Assembly (NCBI GenBank): GCA_950097015.1
Contig: CATNEN010000014.1
Location: 2,294,001-2,358,000, forward strand
From: Macrostomum hystrix
Lineage: Eukaryota > Animalia > Platyhelminthes
Direction: 5' to 3'
DNA length: 64,000 bases
Positions within the stretch are counted from its first letter, which is position 1; every line of letters starts with the position of its first letter. A model generated the notes under the pieces. That model was not told the origin of the DNA. It worked only from the letters and a program-made list of their open reading frames with translations, and did not search any database. A program made the translations under genes and the position numbers. This document shows positions 24,015 to 33,604 of the stretch, one piece after another.

Positions 24015-24257
24015 TTGACGAGGACGAGCTGGAGTCGTGGGTCCGCGTGTTCCGCCGCTACGCCCGGAGGCACCGCGGCAACGAGATGGACTTCGACGGG
24101 TTCAGCAGGGCGTTCGCCGAGTCCGGCGAGTCGGAGGGCAATCTGCGCCGCATTTTCTCCCTGTTCGACTGGGATAAGAATGGCGTGATCTCCTTTAACG
24201 AGTTCATGTTTGCCGTTCTAGTCAACAGCCGAGTCTCCTCGAAAGTCAAGTTAAAAT
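24015..24257 (+). CDS. NCS-like copy 1, exon 2
   Basis: Acceptor TGTCAG; EF-hand DWDKNGVISFNE; donor T|GTAAG. Confidence 0.9.
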
Positions 24258-24351
24258 GTAAGGCACTTTGAAGCATGCTGTTGATTTTGAAGTTGTGTAC
24301 ATGCTTCGGCTTTTTATCGATTTTTGGGTATCAAAGAGTGAGACTAGAGAT

Positions 24352-24825
24352 AAGTGGATCAAGGGATTAGTGGATCAAGGGATTAGTGGGTCAAGGGACT
24401 AGTGGTCAAGGGATTAGTGGGTCAAGGGATTATTGATCAAGAGATTAGTGTGTCAAGGGATTAGTGGTCAAGGGATTAGTATCTCAACGGATTAGTGGGT
24501 CAAGGGATTAGTGGGTCGAGAGATTAGTAGGTCAAGGGATTAGTGAGTCAAGGGATTAGTGAGTCAAGGGATTAGTGAGTCAATGATTAGTGAGTCAATG
24601 ATTAGTGCGTCAATGGATTAGTGAGTCAAGGGATTAGTGAGTCAATGATTAGTGCGTCAAGAGATTAGTAGGTCAAGGGATTAGTGAGTCAAGGGATTAG
24701 TGAGTCAAGGGATTAGTGAGTCAAGGGATTAGTGAGTCAATGATTAGTGAGTCAATGATTAGTGCGTCAAGGGATTAGTGCGTCAAGAGATTAGTGGGTC
24801 AAGGGATTCGTGGGTCAAGGGCTTA
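24352..24825. repeat. ~17-bp minisatellite (GTCAAGGGATTAGTGA) in intron 2 of NCS copy 1
   Basis: Directly visible. Confidence 0.92.
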
Positions 24826-24882
24826 GTTTTGATCAGAACGTTTTCCTTTGAAAAGCTGACATGCGCAAGACTTCACTTCCAG

Positions 24883-25046
24883 TCGCTTTTGATATGATCG
24901 ACAGCGACCGCAGCGGCAGCATTGATGAGGACGAGCTGCTGGACCTGGTGTTCCGCATCAGCTCAAGCAAGTCAATGCTGATGTTTGACGACTCTAGCGA
25001 AATCAGCGAGGAACTGGTGCGAGACACCTTCCGGAAGATGGACTCG
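24883..25046 (+). CDS. NCS-like copy 1, exon 3
   Basis: Joins as KLK-FAFDMIDSDRSGSIDEDE; donor TCG|GTAAG. Confidence 0.9.
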
Positions 25047-25189
25047 GTAAGTGCACGTTCTGTACTTCTGTACGACCTAGAACAGCAAGTATCTCTAGAC
25101 CTAAAACAACAAGGACCACTAGATCTAGAACAGCAAGGACCTCAAGACCGAGAGCAGCGTAGATTTGTGGATTTAGACATCAAGGACCA

Positions 25190-25652
25190 CTAGACCTAGA
25201 ACAGCAAGGAACACCTGACCTAGAATAGCAGGGACCGCTGTACCTAGAACAGAAAAGGACCGATATACCTAGAACAGGATCACTGGGCCTAGAACAGGAT
25301 CACTGGACCTAGAACAGGATCACTGGGCCTAGAACAGGATCACTGGACCTAGAACAGGATCACTGGACCTAGAACAGGATCACTGGACCTAGAACAGGAT
25401 CACTGGACCTAGAACAGGATCACTGGGCCTAGAACAGGATCACTGGGCCTAGAACAGGATCACTGGACCTAGAACAGGATCACTGGACCTAGAACAGGAT
25501 CACTGGGCCTAGAACAGGATCACTGGACCTAGAACAGGATCACTGGACCTAGAACAGGATCACTGGACCTAGAACAGGATCACTGGACCTAGAACAGGAT
25601 CACTGGACCTAGAACAGGATCACTGGACCTAGAACAGGATCACTGGACCTCG
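25190..25652. repeat. 20-bp minisatellite (TAGAACAGGATCACTGGACC) in intron 3 of NCS copy 1
   Basis: Homogeneous from ~25268, with degenerate units upstream. Confidence 0.92.
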
Positions 25653-25678
25653 AACAGCCATCGTTTATTCAATTTCAG

Positions 25679-25774
25679 AATGGTGACGGTGAAATCTCGC
25701 TAGATGAGTTCATTGAGCAGGTCGGCAAGCACGGTGCGTGGATTTTGAAGCTGCTGGACATTCGGCAGAATTGA
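25679..25774 (+). CDS. NCS-like copy 1, exon 4
   Basis: Acceptor TTTCAG; completes DS-NGDGEISLDE; ends WILKLLDIRQN-stop. Confidence 0.9.
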   Translation, partial: NGDGEISLDEFIEQVGKHGAWILKLLDIRQN

Positions 25775-26498
25775 TTGGGAACTTCAGGGCTCCTTCAGGG
25801 AACTAGCGGCAGTCTTTAACAACTCAATTGTGTGCTCAAGAACCAGTTCGAATGTATATTTACTACAGATTTTTATTCGCTAAATTATTTTCGCATCTGC
25901 CGAGTCTCTGGACCATCGCCTAAGAGTTTATTATTTTCAATCGCTACTGTTTTGTTTATCTATAAGGGATGCAATTTATGCATGTTTATAGTGTAAATTA
26001 CTAATTTTATTCATTCATATTTTTTCAATTCGTGTTTGTTTTCAACAAGCTTATGCTCCAAATAATTCGGTCAACTAGCTGTACAATAGACATGTACACG
26101 CAGTGTGTCTGGTGTACGTTTTGGAAGATATCACGTGACTTTGCACCGGCGCTTATTTTACTTTTAATTTCTTCACCTAATCATGCCACTCACTCACTGA
26201 CCCCTCTTCTGTTCTCACCCTGTGTTCTCATCCCTGTGTCCGTCTTTTAAGCTAAACACTTTTGAATAAGAATGAACAGGAAAGACAGGAAAGAAGCAGC
26301 AGCAGCTGTGACAGCTGAGCAATTGGGTGGGTTGTCGAGCACTAATACAGCAGAAGGCTGTGACATCTCAGAAGTGAAGCAATGACAGTAAATCTTGAGC
26401 ACAAAAATTGAGCTACTTATTCTTGCTTCATTAAAGAACAGTCGCTGATAATATAGCACTGCAACTGTAGAAGACCGACTACTAGAATCTGCAGCCAA

Positions 26499-26553
26499 AT
26501 GGGACAGGATCTGAGTCGTCAGGAGTGCGAGGATGTCAGACGAAATTACAGGC
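26499..26553 (+). CDS. NCS-like copy 2, exon 1 (non-canonical donor)
   Basis: MGQDLSRQECEDVRRNYR, paralogous to copy 1; the equivalent donor reads C|TTGAGC instead of C|GTGAGC. Confidence 0.65.
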
Positions 26554-27206
26554 TTGAGCTAAACTGATGAATTTTTATCTCGTGATCTGTTCTATGGCTT
26601 TTCCAAACATTGTCTGTAGTTTGGCTGCTTATTGTGCTTTTCTCTGCTGGTCACCTGCATCCTTGAACAACTTAGAGGCAAATTTAATTATAGACACGGA
26701 ATTGCAGGTGAGCAGCAAGTCCCCTTTGTCTGGAGAATTCGGAAAAGGAGGCTTTTTTTGCCTCAGGTGGATGTGCATTTTACACGTAAAACTCTAAATA
26801 TAGGTTGTAACAGCCTTTGCGCCCTAATAACGAATCAAAAAAGTGTTTCCTAAAGTAGAACTGTCTGCAAAGCTTTCAAACCTTTTCTGATTGGCTGGAA
26901 AAATCATGCTAAATATAGCCGATGCTAAAATTCGCGCGATTATTGATTGCCCAGAGTGCATACAGGGCAGGCAAAGCAGAAGGCTTTGGAAAAGTTGCCC
27001 CACTCTGATTGGTTCAGTGAGTTGTGCTAAAAATAACTCACGGGAATTCCTTGAGAGTACGCCCGCCCAGAACGCGAGTGTTGATTGAAAAAGCGCTAAA
27101 ACCCCTTACCCTCACTCTCCTATTGGCTAGCGAAGTGTTCTAAAAATAGCCCAAGGAAGCACTTTAAGTATCTTATCACCCTTTTGGTCTGTTAAATTCT
27201 CTTCAG

Positions 27207-27449
27207 TGGAGTCGGACGAGCTAGAGGCCTGGGTGCGCGTGTTCAAGCGCTACTCGGCTTCTCGGCGCCGCGGCCAGATGGACTTCCGCGGCTTCCAGCA
27301 GGCATTCGGCAGCACAGGCGAGAGGCGGGAAAATATCGAGAGGCTATTTCGCGTCTTCGATTGGGACGGCAGCGGCAGCATCTCATTCAACGAGTTTATG
27401 TTCGCGGTGCTCGTCAATAGCCGGGTGCCGACTAGAGTCAAGATCAAGT
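27207..27449 (+). CDS. NCS-like copy 2, exon 2
   Basis: Acceptor CTTCAG; DWDGSGSISFNE; donor T|GTGAG; same length and phase as copy 1. Confidence 0.9.
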
Positions 27450-27540
27450 GTGAGGGCCGCCCCGTTATTTTCTTATTTGATCATTTACTTGCACTTTTAA
27501 CGGAATCGAGCCCCATAAAACTCGAAACTGACAACTATAG

Positions 27541-27704
27541 ACGCTTTCGAGATGATTGACAAGGATAACAGCGGCTTCATTGAACTGAACGAGCTGATGG
27601 ACCTGGTCTACAATGTCAGCGCCACAAAATCCATGCTGCTCTTTGATGACGATGTTGGCATTGATGAACGACTGGTGAAGGACACTTTCAGGCGGCTGGA
27701 TTCC
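27541..27704 (+). CDS. NCS-like copy 2, exon 3
   Basis: YAFEMIDKDNSGFIELNE; donor TCC|GTGAG; 164 nt as in copy 1. Confidence 0.9.
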
Positions 27705-28087
27705 GTGAGCTGCCACATTTACCGCTCTCTCTACAATAGGCATTTATTATTTGGGTCGGCTTGCAATATTTTCACTGGCTAGTGTTCTATCGATTTTTAT
27801 TGATCGCAAGGGTTAGTCAATTATGACGTTGGTTGAATATCGGATTTCCCAAAAATCTAAATTATAAAAATAGCTGCCAAGCAAATCGTATTTTTCTCAT
27901 TGAATCCAAATTTCAAACCTGTGAAACATTTCAAACAGTTTGTGTTTTAACAAAAGTCTAGCTATAGGTAGTTAGTTGTTGGATAGCTAAATGGCATGTT
28001 ACTCTCTGTATTGAATTACACATGTAGCAGGACCTCTTGGTTGAAATAATTAGGCCAAAATTTTCCTATTTTTGCTACTACTTTTAG

Positions 28088-28183
28088 GACGGTGACGGCT
28101 TCATATCCCAGTCGGAGTTCGTTCACAACGTCGAGCAACACGGAACATGGATTCTGAAATTGTTCGACATCGGGAGGCATTAG
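28088..28183 (+). CDS. NCS-like copy 2, exon 4
   Basis: Acceptor TTTTAG; DGDGFISQSE...WILKLFDIGRH-stop. Confidence 0.9.
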   Translation, partial: DGDGFISQSEFVHNVEQHGTWILKLFDIGRH

Positions 28184-28557
28184 TATATAATTTTCAGGTC
28201 GTGCTTAAAACTATTTGACTCCATTCAACTTGTATACAGTGAAAAAAAATCTAACTGGAAAACTGACCTTGGTTAACAAATTCGATCGTAATGTTAATCA
28301 TGCTATAAATGTAAACTTGCTTACAATCTTGTAGTTCTATTGTTGTACAGTGCATCAAAAACAAGTGCATAGAGTTGCAACTTCTATAGGGTGTTTCGCT
28401 TCTTTTAAGGGACTTAACCCTCACCAAAATCAAAAGAGCTCTCGATCTTATCTGTTTTGCCCTGCGCATCCTAGCAGATATGTCATGCTGCACGATTTGA
28501 AAGATAATACTCAGGTTTAAATGTATAAGTTCGGGCTTTATCGGGCGCCACATCATC

Positions 28558-28764
28558 CACACGAACACGATTGAGCGAACGTGGCCGCATTGCAAGGCCA
28601 AATTCAGGGCCATGCATGGAAGAAGCGATGCCCTCTTCGAGAGCCACATCCAGGAGTTTATGTGGCGCCGACTGTTCGGAGCAAACAGGGCTTTCGGAAA
28701 CATGCTTTTCTGGATTCGCCACTACTACAGTGTGCCCAGTGACAAGCTCTGTGTCCGCCACTAG
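28558..28764 (+). mobile_element. Merlin/IS1595-type DDE transposase C-terminal remnant
   Basis: HTNTIERTWPHCKAKFRAMHGRSDALFESHIQEFMWRR matches the HTxxIExxW...EFxWRR C-terminus of IS1595/Merlin transposases; the upstream domain is absent (stop at ~28498). Confidence 0.75.
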
Positions 28765-30089
28765 AACACAATGACGAGTTGGCAAGTTCGGCGACCAGGG
28801 AGCTAAAAACATAGACTGTGCTCTGCCACAATCGTTAGAATGGTTTAAGGCTGCTGTCAGGCTAGTGAAATGGGAGTATTTTAAGTTACTCGAACGCACC
28901 CTTTGTGCCTAAAAGACTCGTTGACAAGTCCGGCTTACGTCTTTGGCATTTTACGCTTTCAATGAATAACAAATTATGTAATCGCTTGCACCAAGAACAG
29001 TGGCTCCAATTTAGTTTTATGTCACCAACAACAACGAAAATGAAAACACATACTTGTAAATACTTTTAGTAAATGTCACGGAATAAAATTTTAGGCATTT
29101 TCAAAGTATCTAAAAACTACAACCTGAGTCAGGAAACTCACATAAATAATATTGGTCCATCAATCAGTCGTCGCCACTTCAGTTAAGACTCAATGTATGA
29201 CAATCTAACTCAATGGTTACAATTATTAGTCTTTTTTACTCTTAATTGTCTCATCTCATTGTTCATATGCCTAGTGCGACGCACTTTAAGTAGCAAATTA
29301 TCTTCTTGTTAAGGTTCGGTTGCGGTTTGCAAGACAGTAAAAGCCACATTTTGATTGTTAAATTAACATGGAATTGTTGCAATGCAGGTCCTATTTCTTA
29401 AAACAGCAGCGTAGGCCTACTTTTTATTTTTTTAACTACATATTTCTATGTTCATAATCATATACTATTTTTGTTAGGCCTATGTATTTAACTTGTTTAC
29501 AGTAGGCCCTAACCCTAACCAGTCTTCTAATTGTTTTTCTAGCACCCTACCTGATCCAGGCTATAGCCTAACCTTAACTAACCACATTTAGTTTAAATCA
29601 TGTATATAATATAGCTAGGCCTATACTAGTGGTTGTGTAGAGAAGACAATTTCCATTGGTAATGTAGCCTAATTTGGCTATGCCTATTTAACTTTACAAG
29701 TCTCAGAGAAACAAAATGGGAGTCAAGATGGGAGTTTGCAGCAAATAGTTTTTCCCAGAAGGCTAATGGGAGGCAGATTGCTCAGTTCAACATTTGTATC
29801 TCCAATTGGTACAGATAGGGGCCTACAGAGGCATAGTCACATTGCACAGGGATAGTTGACAGTGAGGGAACTAATATTTCAACTGCCAAAGTTATGACTA
29901 TAATAGACAGACTTCCCACCAAGGGACTAAGTGACCTAGGACTAACAATGAAAAAATTCAGAGTTTTTTAAGTCTGTTAGCTAAAATAGGAACAGTAAAA
30001 AAACAACAAAACATTTGCTACTTTAAAAGAAAAGTTTGAAGTGCCTAAAGCTGAAAACTTACAGAGACTTAATATGATTATTTTGTGCC

Positions 30090-30517
30090 CAGGGTTTTGT
30101 GCAAATTGGGTGCAACTTGCACCCCAATATCCAGATTTGCACCTAAATTTTGGGAATCAGATGCAAATCTTGCACCAGCTTTTTTCTGAGGTAAGATACA
30201 AATGCCAATGCATTATGCATTTATAGGAACACTTATAAGTAACTTTTTTGTTCCTTATTGATCTTTTCAATTAATTAGTATATTCAGCATCCTGTAAATA
30301 AACTTGATAAAATTATTTTCACTTTACTAAACAAAGAAAACTAATTTCAAATTGGTAGGCTGTAGCACAGATTTCCTAGAAATATTCTGGTAAAACATCT
30401 GCCTTAAGCCCTTAAATTTAATTAGAATCATTTTTTGGTGTTAAAACTTATTTAATTTGCACCTAGATTTTGGGCCTAAGATGCAAGCTTGCATCAGCTT
30501 TTTGACAAAAAACCCTG
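30090..30517. mobile_element. hAT-like non-autonomous element (MITE), ~430 bp
   Basis: Termini CAGGGTTTT ... AAAACCCTG; 8-bp flanks TTTGTGCC / ATTGTGCT (6/8 identical); internal subterminal repeat TTGCACCTA.ATTTTGGG..AGATGCAA twice. Confidence 0.6.
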
Positions 30518-30768
30518 ATTGTGCTATGAGTTATTACACAATAGAAGTTTTGCAAATAAAACTAATTTAACAAAAAGCTAAATTTCCTTAGTTTTAATAT
30601 AATTTTCAAGATTTACAAATGAAAAAATAATAGCAACTAGCCGCCAAATACAAGTACCAGAAGAAAGCTAGGCTAATTAAGCAAAATGCTTTGCATTGTA
30701 CAAAACTTAATCAAATTCTGACCTATTTTGGCACTCAAAAAGTCACTAGGAAATTAGAACAAAGATGC

Positions 30769-31921
30769 CTACAGTTGTGACTAGCAATCCTTCATTCAAG
30801 AATGGATCTGACTAGTATACAGTTGTGACTAGCATTCCTTCATTCAAGAATGGTTCTGACTAGTATACAGTTGTGACTAGCATTCCTTCATTCAAGAATG
30901 GATCTGACTAGTATACAGTTGTGACTAGCAATCCTTCATTCAAGAATGGTTCTGACTAGTATACAGTTGTGACTAGCATTCCTTCATTCAAGAATGGATC
31001 TGACTAGTATACAGTTGTGACTAGCAATCCTTCATTCAAGAATGGTTCTGACTAGTATACAGTTGTGACTAGCATTCCTTCATTCAAGAATGGTTCTGAC
31101 TAGTATACAGTTGTGACTAGCATTCCTTCATTCAAGAATGGTTCTGACTAGTATACAGTTGTGACTAGCATTCCTTCATTCAAGAATGGATCTGACTAGT
31201 ATACAGTTGTGACTAGCATTCCTTCATTCAAGAATGGTTCTGACTAGTATACAGTTGTGACTAGCATTCCTTCATTCAAGAATGGTTCTGACTAGTATAC
31301 AGTTGTGACTAGCATTCCTTCATTCAAGAATGGTTCTGACTAGTATACAGTTGTGACTAGCATTCCTTCATTCAAGAATGGATCTGACTAGTATACAGTT
31401 GTGACTAGCATTCCTTCATTCAAGAATGGTTCTGACTAGTATACAGTTGTGACTAGCATTCCTTCATTCAAGAATGGATCTGACTAGTATACAGTTGTGA
31501 CTAGCAATCCTTCATTCAAGAATGGTTCTGACTAGTATACAGTTGTGACTAGCATTCCTTCATTCAAGAATGGTTCTGACTAGTATACAGTTGTGACTAG
31601 CATTCCTTCATTCAAGAATGGATCTGACTAGTATACAGTTGTGACTAGCAATCCTTCATTCAAGAATGGTTCTGACTAGTATACAGTTGTGACTAGCATT
31701 CCTTCATTCAAGAATGGTTCTGACTAGTATACAGTTGTGACTAGCATTCCTTCATTCAAGAATGGATCTGACTAGTATACAGTTGTGACTAGCATTCCTT
31801 CATTCAAGAATGGTTCTGACTAGTATACAGTTGTGACTAGCATTCCTTCATTCAAGAATGGTTCTGACTAGTATACAGTTGTGACTAGCATTCCTTCATT
31901 CAAGAATGGATCTGACTAGTA
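30769..31921. repeat. 48-bp minisatellite, 24 copies
   Basis: TACAGTTGTGACTAGCATTCCTTCATTCAAGAATGGTTCTGACTAGTA; period 48 confirmed by the printed lines repeating every 240 nt. Confidence 0.97.
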
Positions 31922-32394
31922 GTCATGGAGTGTGGTACTTTATCAGAAAATATATCAGTAATTACTTAGGCCAGGTTGAAAATGTTAGCATTACCTTATA
32001 ATTTGTGGTCATATGCCTACCCTGGTTTATTAGTAAATTTCTTAATTACACAGCTATACAGCTATTTTTTATGAAGCTAGTTTAGTTATAGCTATTTCAG
32101 TATACAAGAGCCACTGCTACATAGATGAAAAGCCCATTCCATATATGAAAATGTAGTTTGTGTAACTTAGAGGTGAATATATTTGCTTTTTCTAGACTTT
32201 CTTGTACTTATACACTTATCTGTACATATATTTTTTGGTTTAAAAATATGTTTGATTTGTCATTTATATTTATTATTGTCCTTTGAAAGTGACTTATCTT
32301 AACAAATTTATTATCATAATCATAAAAGTATAATTATTGTATCGATGTTTTATACAAATAAATTGCTTATTTCTTATTCTTTTCTTAGGGGTTT

Positions 32395-32560
32395 TACTAT
32401 TAAGAGTTGGTAAAGCATCCAAATCAGAAATTGAAGGTCTGGTGTTCGATTCTGGACTCCACTTAAAGGATTCGTGCCAATTAGGAGAGTTAAGCTAGGC
32501 ACTTAACTCTGGATTGCTTTAGTTTACCCAGCTGTTAAGTGGGTGCAAGCAGAGGCTGGG
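32395..32560 (+). mobile_element. SINE family B, 5' part (tRNA-like head plus CORE-like segment)
   Basis: AGTTGGTAAAGCA (A-box-like), GTTCGATTC (B-box), then AGGCACTTAACTCT...CCCAGCTGTTAAGTGGGT, which resembles the CORE domain from memory. Confidence 0.55.
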
Positions 32561-32564
32561 ATAT

Positions 32565-32820
32565 GGGTGATTGGCTGAGCGGCTAACGCGTTTGCTTCTC
32601 GCACCAAGGTCCCTGAGCTCGATTCCGCGGCGAGGCCACATTCATCTGGGGCGCAGCCACAGAGAGAAGGCTTGGTGGCTTGTCGTACAATTGACGCCCT
32701 GGAGGGCCAACCTCCAAGTCACTGTGAGAATGTACACTGCCTGACGATGAGAAAATCAGGGCCGATGTACTCACCTGAGTGAGTGTGTGTGTGTGCTCAG
32801 GAGTCAGCGAAATGGACAGA
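32565..32820 (+). mobile_element. SINE family A, full-length copy inserted in SINE B
   Basis: TGGCTGAGCGG A-box, GCTCGATTCC B-box variant; body matches the other three copies. Confidence 0.85.
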
Positions 32821-33043
32821 ATTGCATTCTCGCTGGCTGCGGGTCTAGTGTCACCAAATGATGTGCCATAGGCTTCAGCCCTCCTGCAATTTATACTGTT
32901 ATTAATTTTATTATTAATATTATTATTAATATCATTATATTGGCTAGGATGAATGAGGTTGGGTGTGGCGTCCAGTTTCCCCAGTCCATGGACTAATTGT
33001 TTAGTAACTCCGATTTGCAAATTCTTGCAGCAAACCTGCAGCC

Positions 33044-33484
33044 ATGCCAACCAAGCTATTCGGCAAAGACCTGAAGGAGTACGAGGACATCGATGTCGAC
33101 GAGCTGCTGTCCAAGCTCACGCCGGAGGAGATCGAGGAGCTGAACGCCGAGCTGGATCCGGACAATTCCCTCCTGCCTCCGTCGCAGCGGTGTCGCAATC
33201 AGACGGAGAAGGCGCCAACCGGCCCGTTCGATCGCGAGCGCCTGATCAAATTCCTGCGCGACCAGGCCGCCAAGGAGAAGGACTGGGACGAGGCTGTGCC
33301 CTACGAGAGGAAGACCAGAGGCAAAGTGTTTGTACCCAAGGAGCAGCCAAGCAAGGCCTTCTCGGACAAGGATCTGGCAGACATGGGGCTGGACCCCGAG
33401 ACCGAGGATGTGCTGCTCAATGCTAGCGAGGAAGAAATTGTCGATCTGGCCGCGGCACTAGGCTTCAGCAGCATCATGAACCAG
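33044..33484 (+). CDS. tmod: Tropomodulin, exon 1
   Basis: KDLKEYEDIDVDELLSKLTPEEIEELNAELDPDNSLLPPSQRCRNQTEKAPTGPFDRERL = Tmod N-terminal tropomyosin/actin-binding region; donor CAG|GTAAC. Confidence 0.95.
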
Positions 33485-33604
33485 GTAACAGACTTCCCAA
33501 ACACGTCTTCAGAGCTTGCCTGTTCCTACAAATTAATCCCTAACCTAAATCCTGTCAGTGTGTAGAATGATCCCATCCAAAATCTATGAAATCCCCACTA
33601 CGAG

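Noticed and set aside
29506-29520. CCCTAACCCTAACC as an interstitial telomere
   Set aside because: Only about two units; expected by chance.
30769-31921. 48-bp (and 55-bp, 35-bp) arrays as CRISPR arrays
   Set aside because: Units are contiguous with no unique spacers, there are no cas genes, and the context is eukaryotic.
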